This document shows, one piece after another, positions 26,561 to 40,400 of a stretch of DNA of 64,000 nucleotides (position 1 is the first letter of the stretch; each line of letters opens with the position of its first letter). The stretch comes from Hypanus sabinus (taxonomy: Eukaryota): contig NC_082714.1 of the NCBI RefSeq assembly GCF_030144855.1, positions 94,302,001 to 94,366,000 of the forward strand, in the 5' to 3' direction. The position numbers were made by a program, and so were the translations under genes. A model generated the notes under the pieces. It was not told the DNA's origin. It worked only from the letters and a program-made list of their open reading frames with translations, and made no database searches.

Positions 26561-28254
26561 TTCCATGGAAGAGCTTGTTGGAACTCGAGTGTATGAAGGA
26601 GGTATAATTAATAGGTTCAAAAATGAGACGGGAATTTGTGGTGCTGTCGATAGTGAGGAGATTATTTTTCAGCTGCAGAGCGGTACTGAAGAGTTTAATT
26701 TCCATAAACGTCACGAAATCTGGCTCTTCCAATGGTTCAATGTTCACGCCACCCAATTACCAGTTACCTTGTATCTCCTTAGAATGCATGAGTAAACCGG
26801 AACAGATGGAGGAAATCCATGCGTTCACGTACATTCTCCTTACGGGGGATGAACATCCTATCTCACAGTTGTCTCCGTAAAGCCTTGCGCTACGCTGCCG
26901 TGCCTCCATAAAATGTGATCAGAACCATGGTAGATGAAGGTTTACCCAGAAAAATTTAAATCGATGTGTTTTGGAAGCTCGGGAACAGACATAACGAAAG
27001 GCAGTAACCAAGGTAACATAGAGAAAATATGAAGTAAAAATGCTAAATACATGTCTTGATGTGCAGTAGAATAATGTTTAAGAGCAAGGAAAGTATATTC
27101 AGTCTGGGCAACACATTAACCAGGCCAAAATTGGTGCAGCGTGTGCAAGCTCTAGACTTTAAACTATAGCAAAGCGCGTTTGCGCTGGATTGGATGCAGA
27201 GCGGATTCATCAACTTTGTGTCTTCGACGGTCCCGAATATTTACTGCTTCATCGTAAAAGGCTCTGTACGATCTTTCAGATGAGGCCAAGAGAGGTTTTG
27301 AACTAAGTTGTCAGGAATAGCAGTGTACCGTATTTCAGGGAATGAAATTTGTTATAAGACCATACGACATCGGAGCAGGATTAGGACATTCGGCTCATCG
27401 AATCTATACTGTCATTCCATTCACGTCTGATATTTTTCCATCTCTAGTTCATTCTCATGCTTTCTCTCCGTAACCGTTGACACACTTACTATTTAAGAAG
27501 CTATCAATATCTGCTTGAAATGCATCCAACGACTTTGCCTCCATTTGGCAATCAGTTTCACAGATTCAACAACTTCTGGACAATCAGCTTGAAGAGGGTG
27601 CAGTAGGGGCGGCGGTTTTTGAATAGTAGGTACAACTCCATATATCTTGTGGATATGCAAAATAAAAGTTGGCATAAACCAGAAATAAACATCTTAAATT
27701 GGACGAAAACCAATTTCATTAACATTAGGCAGGACCTGATTAGAGCTGAATGGTAGCACCGGCTTGCTGCCCGGACCTATATGTGTATGGATGGAGAAGC
27801 AGGAAGTGGTCAGGGCCAACATCTTCTTCTAATGGTAAAACAAACTGATCATAATCTTAGAGAACTATGGAAGTCACAGATGACTAAATATTGGATAAAG
27901 AAAAAAAAGCATTTGGCATGTATGGAGAACAAAGCCTTCCACGGTATAAAATGTACAGGGAAGCGCTGCGAAAAAAAAAACAAACAGATTAGGAAATGGT
28001 CAGAAAATGTCGTTGGCAATCAAATAAATGTTCAACCCCGGACATCCTAACAGAGTATGATTGTCGAAGGACTATCCAAGGGTAAAATAGAACCCACTAT
28101 GAGCAACGGTGGCAATCTGTCTATGGAGGCCGAAGTTCCTGAATGAGTAATTTTCATCACTATTCACACAAGAAGCGCACCTGAAACTGGAGGCTTCACG
28201 AAAGGGAAAGGAGAAGTTCTGTTGTAAATCTAAATCTAAATAAATAAATACATA

Positions 28255-28423
28255 NNNNNNNNNNNNNNNNNNNNNNNNNNNNNNNNNNNNNNNNNNNNNN
28301 NNNNNNNNNNNNNNNNNNNNNNNNNNNNNNNNNNNNNNNNNNNNNNNNNNNNNNNNNNNNNNNNNNNNNNNNNNNNNNNNNNNNNNNNNNNNNNNNNNNN
28401 NNNNNNNNNNNNNNNNNNNNNNN
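28255..28423. other. Assembly gap (N run)
   Basis: N run. Confidence 1.
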
Positions 28424-28781
28424 AAGGATAAAAAAATGAATAAATAAATAAATGAATGAATAAATCAATAAATAAATAAATGACAAGTGTTCAAGGCCTC
28501 GGCTGTTTTAATTGTGAGTCTTCTCCGAATTCTATCCCAGACTTCTGTGGCAAGCAATCTGTGAACTCTAAATACTCGCTAGGCACATGAAATATTTCTG
28601 GAGGCAGCAATTGAACTAGCAGCGAAGAGACTGTCAAGTACGTCCTACGAGTCGAATATCAGTGGTAGGGATCTGAAAATACTAAATTTTCAGAAACAGT
28701 GTTATAGATCTCGTAAGTTGATAAGATCTAACGAGAGGCAATCAAGCTGGTTGTGTCAATAGCTGATTCTGTTTGAACAAT

Positions 28782-30476
28782 AACCATATAACCATATAAC
28801 AATCACAGCACGGAAACAGGCCATCTTGGCCCTCCTAGTCCATGCCGAACCCTTAATCTCACCTAGTCCCACCTACCCGCACTCAGCCCATAACCCTCCA
28901 CTCCTTTCCTGTCCATATACCTATCCAATTTTACCTTAAATGACACAACTGAACTGGCCTCTACTACTTCTACAGGAAGCTCATTCCACACAGCTATCAC
29001 TCTTTGAGTAAAGAAATACCCCCTCGTGTTTCCCTTAAACTTCTGCCCCCTAACTCTCAAATCATGTCCTCTAGTTTGAATCTCCCCTACTCTCAATGGA
29101 AACAGTCTGTTCACGTCAACTCTATATATCCCTCTCAAAATTTTAAATACCTCGTTCAAATCCCCCCTCAACCTTCAACGCTCCAATGAATAGAGACCTA
29201 ACTTGTTCAACCTTTCTCTTTAACTTAATTGCTGAAACCCAGGTAACATCCTAGTAAATCGTCTCTGCACTCTCTCTAATTTATTGATATATTTCCTATA
29301 ATTCGGTGACCAGAACTGCACACAATATTCCAAATTTGGCCTTACCAATGCCTTGTACAACTTTAGCATTACATCCCAACTTCTGTACTCAATGCTTTGA
29401 TTTATAAAGGCCAGCGTTCCAAGAGCCCTCTTCACCACCCTACCTACATGAGACTCCACTTTCAGGGAACTATGCACAGTTATTCCTAGATCTCTCTGTT
29501 CCTCTGCATTCCTCAATGTCCTACCATTTATTCTGTATGTTCTATTTGGATTATTCCTGCCAAAATGTAGAACCTCACACTTCTCAGCATTAAACTCCAT
29601 CTGCCAACGTTCAACCCATTCTTCTAACCGGCATAAATCTCCCTGCAAGCTTTGAAAATCCACCTCATTATCCACAACACCTCCTACCTTAGTATCATCG
29701 GCATACTTACTAATCCAATTTACCACCCCATCATCCAGATCATTTATGTATATTACAAACAACATTGGGCACAAAACAGATCCCTGAGGCACCCCGCTAG
29801 TCACCGGCCTCCATCCCGATAAACAATTATCCACCACTACTCTCTGGCATCTCCCATCTAGCCACTGTTGAATCCATTTTATTACTCCAGCATTAATACC
29901 TAACGACTGAACCTTCTTAACTAACCTTCCATGTGGAACTTTGTCAAAGGCTTTGCTGAAGTCCATATAGACTACATCCACTGCCTTACCCTCGTCAACA
30001 TTCCTCGTAACTTCTTCAAAAAATTCAAAAAGGTTTGTCAAACATGACCTTCCACGCACAAATCCATGCTGGCTACTTCTAATCATATCCCGTCTATCCA
30101 GATAATTATAAATACTATCTCTAAGAATACTTTCCATTAATTTACCCACCACTGATGTCAAACTGATAGGTCTATAATTGCTAGGCTTCCTTCTAGAACC
30201 CTTTTTAACCAATTGAACCACATGAGCAATACGCCAATCCTCCGGCACAATCGCCGTTTCTAATGACATATTAAAGATCTCCGTCAGAGCTCCTGCTATT
30301 TCTACACAAACTTCCCTCAAGGTCCTGGGGAATATCCTGTCAGGCACCGGAGATTTATCCACTTTTAAATTTCTTAAAAGCGCCAGTACCTCCACCTCTT
30401 TAATTGTCATAGGTTCCATAACTTCCTTACTTGTTTCCCACACCTTAGACAATTCAATATCCTTCTCCTTAGTGAA
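28782..30476 (-). mobile_element. Young 5'-truncated CR1 LINE with a nearly intact RT domain
   Basis: ORF 29220-30602 contains NYRPISLTSVVGK, DFSKAFDKVPHGRL, GVPQGSVL, YADD; continues after a frameshift (28863-29171); (GTTATATG)n tail; flanked by TSD tgaacaat (28774-28781 and 30473-30480). Confidence 0.96.
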
Positions 30477-30799
30477 CAATCTGATTGAATTTCTTGGAGA
30501 AGTAGCCGAGTCCAAAAAAGATAACAGAGCAATCAAAATATGTCTTGCATGGGCATCAGCAAAGTCTCTGATAAGGTCCCACTTCGACGCAGACTGGTGC
30601 AAAGAAATAGGGATCTAGAGCAATTTGACAAATAGAACCTACCTTAGTCTGGCAACAAAGATCATGGGAGAGTTGTATCCCTGTTACTGGGTTGTCTTCC
30701 AAGGATAGGTGCTGGAAACGTTGCTATTTGTGAAATTTGTGAACAGTTTAGGTTTTTCGAAAAGAAGCAAGACAAGTAAATGAATGAAGAAGACAAAAC

Positions 30800-31290
30800 T
30801 TAGCGAAATAATGGGTGGTATGAAGGGTTGTCTCCGCCAACATGTGATACTGAAGGGTTGGTGAAATGTTCTATGAATGTTCTCCCAGATAATCGTAAGA
30901 CAATGAAATTTTGGACTAATGAGGCGATGGATCTTATTTTTGAAACCCCGATTAAAACTGACCAATTCACTTGGGCATTCAGCCGAACCTCCCACGATAT
31001 TCCTGTTAAGACACCAGCGGATGAAATTTCTCGAATGGAATTGGTGCGAAGGCACCACCGTTCCACCGACACGTGATCCCGACAGGAGTGCTGGTAGCCG
31101 CTTCCAAGTGCCATGGATATATGGCACCGCAATGTCCTCTACACTTGCGCTATTGGAGATTTGGTCAGTGACAGTGCCTCCACTTAGAGATGTATCGTAG
31201 GAACCAGTATTCTTGCCAGGATTGTCAAGTGAGGCGATTCGGACATTTTCTTTATGCCTCCTACCCAGCTTAATCCCACCTTCCAGCACT
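30800..31290 (-). mobile_element. Possible decayed Penelope-like (GIY-YIG region) fragment
   Basis: Minus-strand IAVPYIHGTWKRLPALL and ..IIWENIH weakly resemble Penelope motifs; recalled similarity only. Confidence 0.3.
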
Positions 31291-31779
31291 GTCAGGTGTC
31301 CCTGACTGCTCTTCTATAGCATCCAAACACTGGTAAAACTAAGTGGACATAATCACAATATGTTTAGTGCTTATTCTCCCACCGTTTCTTGAGGCTGTTA
31401 TCATTCTGAGGGTGAAAACTTACCCCTCACTTCTTTTATCATCGCTCAAAACTTGCTTGAAATAGGTTTGTCTTCGGATGACCACTCTGTTGAGGGAAAT
31501 TCTTAGTATCAGTATCAGAATTATTATCATTGACATTTTATTTATAATATTTCAATTCTATTTACTCATTATCAAACTACGTATATGTCACTATATACTA
31601 CTACTCTGAGATTCGTTTTCTTGCAGACACTTACAAGAAAATAAATAAGTACAATTGAATTTGTGAAAAAGTGTGAATAGCGAAGACTGACAATCAAAGT
31701 ACAGAAGAAAGCCATTCGCCACTGGTACACGTCTCCCAATAAATTCTAGATAAATAAGATTTTAAAACTGCAGATAAAT

Positions 31780-32100
31780 AAGACATAATTGCCACATGTA
31801 CATCGTTAAATACAGTGAACTGCATATTCTGCATCAAATCAAATCAGCATAGGTGTATTGGGGGCCGCCCGCAAGTGACGCTATATTTCCGACAGCGGCA
31901 TAGCATGCCCGTAACTCACCAACGCGGAACCGTACATCCTTGAATGTGAGTGATAATCGCACTACCCAAAAAAATATAGCCACGGGGATGGAGGTAGGGG
32001 GGTGGGGGTTGAGTTTCTTATGCAAATCTTCTTACAGACAGTGGCGGAAATTGAACACCATTCGTGCAGCTGAAGCTCTAAACCATTGCGCTAGCCAGTA
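31780..32100 (-). mobile_element. tRNA-derived SINE remnant
   Basis: caaatcttcttacagacagtggcggaaattgaacacc is the reverse complement of a tRNA-like B-box head; body resembles other SINE pieces at about 54210-54360. Confidence 0.6.
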
Positions 32101-32462
32101 CAGTAGGTATAAATTTCCAAATCTCCACCTGTATCGCTGAGAATTTATATAATATTGAAACCCCTTACAAATTACGGATTAATTCATTCAATTTATCAAT
32201 AGACATACTGCAGTTCAGGCCTAGAAAATGACTAGTTCAGTCCCGACTCTCTGTCGGTTAACCATTCCCTTCTCCAGGCCAATATATCTCCTCTTAGTGC
32301 TGGGCACGCTTAACTTCTTATCTGCCTGTGGCAGGTGGGCGATTTCGGAATATGCACGATCCTGTACATTCCAATTCTCCTTTAGCCACCCTATTTAGTA
32401 TTTTCTCAAACGGTAGCTATATATCAAACTCAAACCAACTAACTGTCATAGCCTGGGTATAA

Positions 32463-32496
<34 letters not shown>

Positions 32497-32906
32497 CAGA
32501 CGTGTGAACGGACCTCTTGTAAGATTTAAATGATTCCTAGATAGGCACATGGATGAAAGGAAATTGGATGATTATGGTGGAGAGAAGGGTTAGATTGAAC
32601 ATGAAATAAGATTTTTAAAATTCAAAGAATCAATAAAAACAAACTACAAATAAAAATCGACACAGCATGATGGCCGAGGGACTGCACTTTGTTGGACTGC
32701 TCTCAGTTTTTGATCGATTCATATTTGAATAGACATCATCATTGCTCTGGCACCTTATTATATACCTGCACTGCGCCTTCTCTATAACTGAAAATACCTT
32801 GAATTTATCTACAATCTGTTGAGTAATTAGGCACAGGAGACAACAAATGCAGATTCTAACGGATGGCAGATTAGTTGGATATCAAAGTTGTTCTTTTGTT
32901 CCTCAG

Positions 32907-33024
32907 ACAGACTAACGTTTCCGCTCTGTATGCTAATTTCATTTGGCCTGACGGCGACTCTCGTCTTCTTGCTATGGGGCGACCACTGTGGCCATTAGGA
33001 AGTATGGGAAGGAAAGTGAACCAG
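32907..33024 (+). pseudogene. Probable transmembrane exon of the VJ-C1 pseudogene
   Basis: Acceptor ttcttttgttcctcag|AC and donor CCAG|gtaaag; 118 bp (117+1). With one frameshift it reads DRLTFPLCMLISFGLTATLVF/CYGATTVAIRKYGKESEP, ending like the intact gene's TM exon (KERRP|G). Confidence 0.5.
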
Positions 33025-33164
33025 GTAAAGCGCTGGCCTTAACCTGCCAAAACATACCATTCAAGAAAAACTCACTTCTAAATATTTATTTGAATCGTCA
33101 AAAAGGGAAACGGCTTGGAAAACCATCCCCCCCCCGCGAAAGAATCCAGAACGTTAATTAAGAA

Positions 33165-33700
33165 CGCTGAAATTCAGGTGCACTTGTACACCTGCTCGTT
33201 CATGAACATATTTAATCAGGCAGTCATGTAGCAACAACTGAGTGCATAAAATCATGTAAACATGGCCAAGAGTTTTATTTGTTGTTCAGACCAAATATCA
33301 TAATGGCGAAGAAATGTGATCAAAGGAGCACTAACTGAGGTATGATTATTGTTAGCAAACAGGGTGCTTCGAGTGTATCAAAATATGCTGATATCCTGCG
33401 GTTTTCGCGCACAACCATCTCGAGAGTTTGCAGAGAATAGTGCGAAAAACAAAAATAACATCTAGTGCCCAACAATTATGTGGACCAAATCGCCTTATTA
33501 ATGAGAGACTTCAGGAGTTAAAAAACAGACTGGTTCAAATTGTCAGGACGGCGACAGTAACTCGAACAACCACGTGTTGCAACAGTGGTGTCTTAACGCA
33601 CTATGCGCCGAACCCTGAAGTGAATGGGCAACAAAAGTAGAAGACCTCACCGGGATCCTCTCCTGCACCCAATAAAGTATTCGCTTTGCGCTTCAAACAG
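33165..33700 (+). mobile_element. Internally deleted Tc1-like DNA transposon
   Basis: Degenerate transposase N-terminus (atggcgaagaaatgtgat..gcacaaccatctcgagagtt..) and TIR-like end cccaataaagt. Confidence 0.75.
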
Positions 33701-35199
33701 CACACTCCAGGAACGTGCCCTTCAGACCACTATGATCCATCAGACTAATTGAATTTGTTTTTTGTTTTCAAATGGCAAACGAAACTAATCGCTTCTGGTT
33801 GAAGAATGTCCATATTATTCAATTCTGGCTCCTCGATGTCCATCGCACACCTCTACCGTATTTGCCCCCATCAACATCCCGGGCAGCGAATTCCAAACTT
33901 CCACTGTTCTCTGTGTTAACAAAATTGTTACGCACATCTCCTTTGTACTTACCTGCGCGTATCTGAATCAGAAGGAACGATTCAACAGCAGGAAAAAAAT
34001 ACACAAGCTGTTTTTTTTCTATCTGTGCGTCAAAGTAATAAAACATAGATATCCAAAAATAAATTAATAATTAATAAGATGCATATACAACATAAGTTAT
34101 AAGTAAACGGTATAATGCCACCGCGGCTTCATACATGTTGCGTTACATTTGGTTGTAGGGAGTTCAGAAGTCCTATGACCTGTGGAATAAAGCTGGTTCC
34201 ACACATAGTTGCTCTCTAATGCTACGGTATATTTTTCTGATGGTAGGGTAAAATACAGTTGTAGTGATTATTGATAATGCTAAGAGTCCAGCGCACGCAG
34301 AGTCAACCTTCCCTTGTAGCGGATGCTTTCTATCCAGGCGGTATCCCGGAAAGCTTCTTTTACACACTCTGCAAAGCCTCGACATCCGTCCTCTCTGATC
34401 GTATCTTCCATATCTTTCTACTTGGTAAATGCTGATCCTAAACAATCATTTAGAACTTCATCCACATCCTCTGCATCAAAGCACATGCTCCCTCTTTTAT
34501 CATTCAGTGATCCTAACTATTCACAAGCTCTCCCCTTGCTGTACATATATATGGATGTAATGCCCTGGGAATGCCTTTAATCCTATTTGTCTATGGCATT
34601 TCTTGAACCCTTTTTGGCGTAGTGTTTACTTCGAGTTAGCTTCTGGCTTCTTTGTAATTCTTAATTGCTGTCTTTGATCTTTAGCTTTGTAAACCTTTCA
34701 TTTTTGACGAACACATTACTTTGCCTTCTCAAACAAATTATTTGACTGTTTCGATATTTGCACCTTTCACCGTTGACTCACCCCAGTTTCAGCCTAATAT
34801 TTTCCTAATTTACCATGCTGGAATAAACGTTATTTATTATAGTTGTTCTTACGTACGGCTACCTCAAAACCTGTGGAGCTGTGATCTCAGTGTCCTCAAT
34901 GATCTCCTAAAGAAAGGACACTTACTTGGCTAGGCTCATTATCAAACTCCAAGCCTATTATGCCCCCTGCTGTTGTTAGATTATCTTCCCAGTGCTTCAG
35001 AAAACAACCTGGATTTACTGAAAAAAATCCCAGTCTGAGGTTTTTGTATTAAGAATATCCCACTATATGTAAGGAAGTTGAAACCACCCACAACGGCAAG
35101 CCTGTATAGAAGTTAATGTCTTAAACAAATTACAGAGACGAAAATAGGCATAATGCGACACCAGGCCCTATAAGATCACGTGACCAGCACTGGGTCCTA

Positions 35200-35940
35200 C
35201 GCCATCGCCGGAAGGGCTTTAGCCAGGAGTGGACGGCTTTTTAACGCTTTGGGCCCCGCAGCGGCGAACATGGTCACTGTCGGTGTTAGGCCGCAAGTGA
35301 GGGATGCAGAGATCTTGGGAATTCATGGCGCTGCGGAAGATCATAAAAAAATAGAAAAGTGAATGGAACTGGGCAGGGAAACAGCTTAGAAAGTAAGTTA
35401 CGGAGTAGCGAGGATTTAGTGGTTTTAGTGTGTTGCAGAGATGGAGGGCTTTACTCGTTGGACCAATTGCACAGTTAGCGAACGTTGTAGAAGTTGGATG
35501 GGTGAGACAGATCGAAGAGTTCGAGGGCTGGATTGGTCGCAAGGACGGTTGTACGGGCTGTAGGTGTCACACGGGATGCTGTGCGGTCTGAGGGCACACG
35601 GAGGGCAGTATGGGCTGCAGGAGACATGCAGAGGTCTGTAGAAGCTGGAGTAGTTACGCAAGGAGAGCGCGGCCTAGTTGCTAAAGAAGTTACAAAGAAC
35701 GCAATGCAGCTATTTATTAAGTAAGCAAAGGCATTGGTGCTGGACCTCGAGGCGCTAGATGCGGAGGGAGACAGTGAGGCTTATATTACCGAAAGATACT
35801 GCATTTCAGGAACAGAAGAGCGTCCATGAGCTGTTGGATGCTATGGATGCACTGGGCCGTGAGCTGGACTGGGTTACATAGAGCAGAGTCTAAAGAACAA
35901 TATCGAAATCGGAAGAACATAACAGGGGCAGGTTCAGGAA
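35200..35940 (+). mobile_element. Decayed CR1-like 5' region (ORF1 end / endonuclease start)
   Basis: Degenerate resemblance to the CR1 ORF1-ORF2 junction at about 6400. Confidence 0.45.
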
Positions 35941-36999
35941 CGGGAAGAGACGGTCGGGCGTTTTGTTGTGGGCTGGATACAATGAAATTCAATCGAAATG
36001 AGAGTCCTTGCCTGATAACACCATACTCCTTCGATCTGGAATTATCTCGTGACGAAATTTGGGTATAGTCGCATCGTAGCGAGAAATTGTACAGGGAGGG
36101 GAATAAAATGGTAACCGATCTCATGTCCTTCCAGATCTACGCCAAGATGGCGATTGATACGAATTGATCTGGAAATGCAGAGCGAAGATTTTCCGCAGTG
36201 AACAACAAAAAAAAAACGATCTTGTTTTGTTTGCGCGGTGTAAGACAAGCAAAGGCGGAGCATAATTAAACGTTTTATATGAGGCATATTTTTAAACTGA
36301 GCAGCTTAAATTGCTGGAGTGACAAACCGGGCTTGTCGAGACGAAAATCTGCACAGTCCATAGCACGCGCAGAGGATCCCAATTGATTCCCGGCAACATC
36401 GATCGGCCGCATGCGCACATTTCATATTCTCGCAATCCATCTCGTACGGTGTAGATTTCTCCATCCAAAGTCTCGCACAGAGATTCATAAGTCATAGGCC
36501 GTACGGTAGTAACGAGGACCGACGGTTAACCTGTAGACCACAAACCCCCCCCCCCCCCCCCCCCGATTGTGTATATCGCTGCGATTATGTGACCCTTGTT
36601 TTAACTGCTACTTCAATAAATTATAATTCGGCATGAAATGTAGAATTTGTTCTTTTGTCATATGAGCCGAGATGCAGACGAGCCGCTTGTATCCATTTGC
36701 TCAAAAGTTGGTTACACATTTACCGCTGGACCCAGGGATTCAGAATACTCATTCCAGATCATGAGACTCACCCACTGAAAATACAGAGGGATATTCTCAA
36801 TGCTTTAAGGGCAGGAATAAGTGAATGCAGTGCTGCGTAAAGGGCAGTATTGAGTCAGGTGAGGTCGGTTTGATGCGTATTATGGAATTAATTGTTTTCC
36901 CGCCGAACCAACTGAAACAATTTCGACCGATATGAAATTGAATCTTCGCTGATGAAGGGCTGAATCAGCCCCAGATTCAGAGTGAAAGGGAAGTCCTTG

Positions 37000-37450
37000 G
37001 GCAGAGGCCGGGTGTTCTGGTGTCTTATTTGAGATCGGATAGGTGATCCGTGCGGATTTCCCCTTCCCGTTGTCTGCCGAGGCTTGTGTTTCGGGCGCAG
37101 CCGTAACGGCTGTGTTAAGCGGCGGGTGGTTCAGACAACTGAGTCGGAGAGATGCACAGTGGAGAGTATCCTCAGTGGTTGCATCATGGGCTGGTATGTC
37201 AGCACTGATGTCCTTAAACGGAAATGGCTAAAAAAAAAACTAGTGGATACAGCCCAGTTCATCACGGGTAAAATCTTTGCATTGACAAATCCTCACGAGC
37301 TCAGTCGCAGGAAAGAAACATTCATCATCAAAGATGCCTCCGTTCAGTCCGTGCACACTACTTTTTGCTGCCATCAGGAAGGAGGTACAGGACACACATC
37401 AGATTCAGGAAGAGGTATTAACCCTCAACCACTAGCCTGTTAAACTAAAG
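37000..37450 (+). mobile_element. Rex1/Babar LINE 3' fragment
   Basis: RCTVESILSGCIMGWY..LVDTAQFITG..IIKD. Confidence 0.85.
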
Positions 37451-40400
37451 GGTATAACTACACACAACTTCACATATCCCAACAATGTTCTTTTGCCAGA
37501 ACACATGGATTCACTTTCCCTCTTCACCTAGCGTTCTCAATAACTAATGTTTATTTATTCATTATCATTACCATTATTTTGTTTGTTTTATTTTTGTATT
37601 TGCACAGTCGATTGCCTTCTGGTTATTTGTCCGTCCTGTATTCTGTCTTTTATTGATTCTATTGTGTTTCTCTGTAGTTTCTGTGGACACCTGCAAGGAC
37701 ATTAAACTCAAGGTTGTATATGGTAATGTTTAAGTACTTTGATAATAAATTTTCTGGAATAATTGAATCCGTCAGAGAATAAGAAACACTGCATTTCCCG
37801 TGGGAAATCACTGTATTTCCAATGGAAACACGGCTGCCCTGCTATACAAAGTCGAGCTCACATTTGAAGGTGGTGAAATTGACATGAAAGGAAGTGTTAA
37901 ATTTTGGAGACTGATTTCTAGAGTAGTTTTGGGATGTTGTATATCTACTGATTGTCATCTTTCTAAATGTGATAGATATCTCCTCAGATTCAAGTACAGT
38001 AAACACATCCAAAACCTTCAAGGAACAGCAGCAAAAGAAAATAATATACAAAGTACAATAGCCGAACATTTATGGCAAGGATAGTGTTAAGATCTGCTAA
38101 TATGAATGCGGCAACAGAAAAAAAAAATGAGAAAGTGGGATAGAGTAATTATGGATTTGTCAGAGTGAAATCTGTCTGGTAATACTACGACTTGAATTTC
38201 TAACTCACAGAAGCGTTAAAGGCGAATAAGTCAACAACGTATCTTTTTGAAAAGAGTTGATGAGCTGTATTACAAAATTATTATAGTTAATGTGATATAT
38301 TGGCATTGATTGATTGTTTGTTAAGGGAAACAAAATATTTTTTTAATTTAAAGTGACAAGTTTATAACCAACGTTCAAGGTACAAAGGAAACAAAATGTA
38401 CTGTAACGAGAAAAAAATATTAAGGACAAATACATCAATCCACAAGTGGTAATGAAATATTAAATTTTAAAAGCTGAAAGATGTTGATGTGACAGGTGCC
38501 CAAGATGTAGTTTTACACAAGCCCGTGAAACTCAAAGTGCAGGTACAAGAGTCTGCCGGCTTTTGTTGCAAGGATTTGATTACAAGGTTAAACTTAGAAC
38601 TAAGACAATGTCTACGGTCTTTAGAATTCCATGATAACTCACAAGACCTAGGAAATCATTGCTTTAGGCCTGACGGGTTTAAGGCTGAGTTAATAATTTT
38701 CTTAATGTAAGTACCTGCAACAACTGCTACGCTTTAAAATTGGGTCGAACATTCAGGGCTGAGCTGAGAGAAAATTTCTTCAACGAAACAGTAATAAATT
38801 TCCATTTTTTTACGCGATTGGTTCTGGAGTCTTAGCATCTGCTCATATTTGTGACCGAGTGGGTCGATTTTTTGACTTCAGATGGAAAGACGGGTGTGGG
38901 ATTAATATAGACATACTGCCCTGAGCTACCAGACCAACGATGCTCTTATTGAAAGGAATAGGGATGCAGACTACAGTGTTACAGTAACAAAAAATAAGTG
39001 CAGCAGAGTTAGAAAAATAAAGTAAAAGGGCCATACGGCTGAGAGAAGCAAAGGAATGTGGCATGAAACCACCCGCTTCTTGCCTGGTTTGTCCAGCGAT
39101 TTCCACACGCGTGTTCAACGTTACGTATCACATTGCACCCTTTGCAGTTGGACGAACCTACTGACGTTTAGACTTTAAACCGAAAACCTGTAGAGCGAAT
39201 TGACACGGCGCGGGGCTTACCACACAGCTGCCTTTAAACACATGACGTAATTTCGGTAACTGACCGATGTTTCGGTTCTCTTCCAAGCCTACGGATATAT
39301 CGGCAATCATTCCATGCGCGATTCGCCGTGATAGACTTTCTTCTTGTAGGCATATCTATATGTTATCTCAAGAAACCAAGGGTGTTTGAAGCCACCACTA
39401 TTAACAGATTATGCTTAAAAAGGCACAGAGTGAGTGAAATACTTACACAATGAGAACACCTTCGTCAAGAAAGACAAGCAACCCTGCTTAATTACCGTCA
39501 GTAGACGCACTGCTTTAGATCTAAAAATATTTCCCAATCTTATGGTATGCGTGGGATGCCTCAGTTCAAGTTCTATTTACTGTCATTCAACCTTACACAT
39601 GTCTGCAGCCAAATGAAAATGCCTTCCTCCAGATCAAGCTGCGAATCAAAACAATATATATAACTCACACAGGACACCTGAAATAATATTTCCACAACTA
39701 AAGTAAATTCCAGCAGATTGATATTTAGTCAATCTTCACTTCATTGCCGATTCCCAAAACGCCTCGCAATGTTTATTTCTGTTCAGCCGAGGCTCGGTGT
39801 AGTGCTGCCGATAAGAGGAAGATATCATTCCTCAGACAGAAGATGGTAGCGTGGGTAAATCCGTAGATGTCGAGCAGTTTTCCCTGTCCAAACCAATTGA
39901 CATAATGTCCGTCAGGATATTATTCGGACTGATCGGTCTATCCCCGATTCCCTTAGTTTTCAGAGTTAATAATAAAAAAAAAACGTTCAGCATCAGATTT
40001 TAAAGGACCAATTATTTCGGCATTCTTTACCATTTGCACCAGAAGATTTTACATTTTTTTTCTAGCCTCTGTTACAGAGAATTCCATTACTTCAATCTGG
40101 AAACTCCTGCTCTGCCTCCTCTTATTAGAGGGACTCTAACAACCGGTGCAAGTTCTTTCCAATCGCTACTAATATGTTGAAAGACAATTAAATAATTCCT
40201 TACTATTCTACCTGCAGCTTTAATTTCAAGAAGTTCAAAAGAACACGAGAGTCGTACAGAAACTACAAAACCAGTTTCAGGAATGAGTCTTGGAAGGTGT
40301 CTCAGATATTTGGTCAGAATACATTTAGTGTATTTTGAGCAGTTTTGGGCCCCGTATCTATGATGGAATGTATTGGCGTTGGAGAGGATCCAATAAAAAG

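Larger units (their letters stand above)
27640..30790 (+). mobile_element. Old CR1 LINE (ORF2 remnants) interrupted by a gap and by a younger antisense CR1
   Basis: Removing the inner element rejoins ..ctggttgtgtcaatagctgattctgtttgaacaat|ctgattgaattt (HGFVKGRSCLTNLIEF-like), followed by SKVSDKVP and QG*VLETLLFV (PQGSVLGPLLF-like). Confidence 0.75.

Noticed and set aside
30481-30790. Unusual-looking peptides initially suggestive of an endogenous viral element
   Set aside because: They resolve into degenerate CR1 RT motifs (LIEF..SKxxDKVP..QGxVL) continuing the host element across the nested insertion
35039-35067. Perfect RSS nonamer GGTTTTTGT, 13-bp spacer, CACTATA
   Set aside because: The essential GTG end of the heptamer is absent and no J-like codons follow
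35786-36124. Minus-strand ORF with SLRCDY..YGVIRQ resembling a V-domain start
   Set aside because: No Trp at the C-strand position, no DxGxYxC and no splice support
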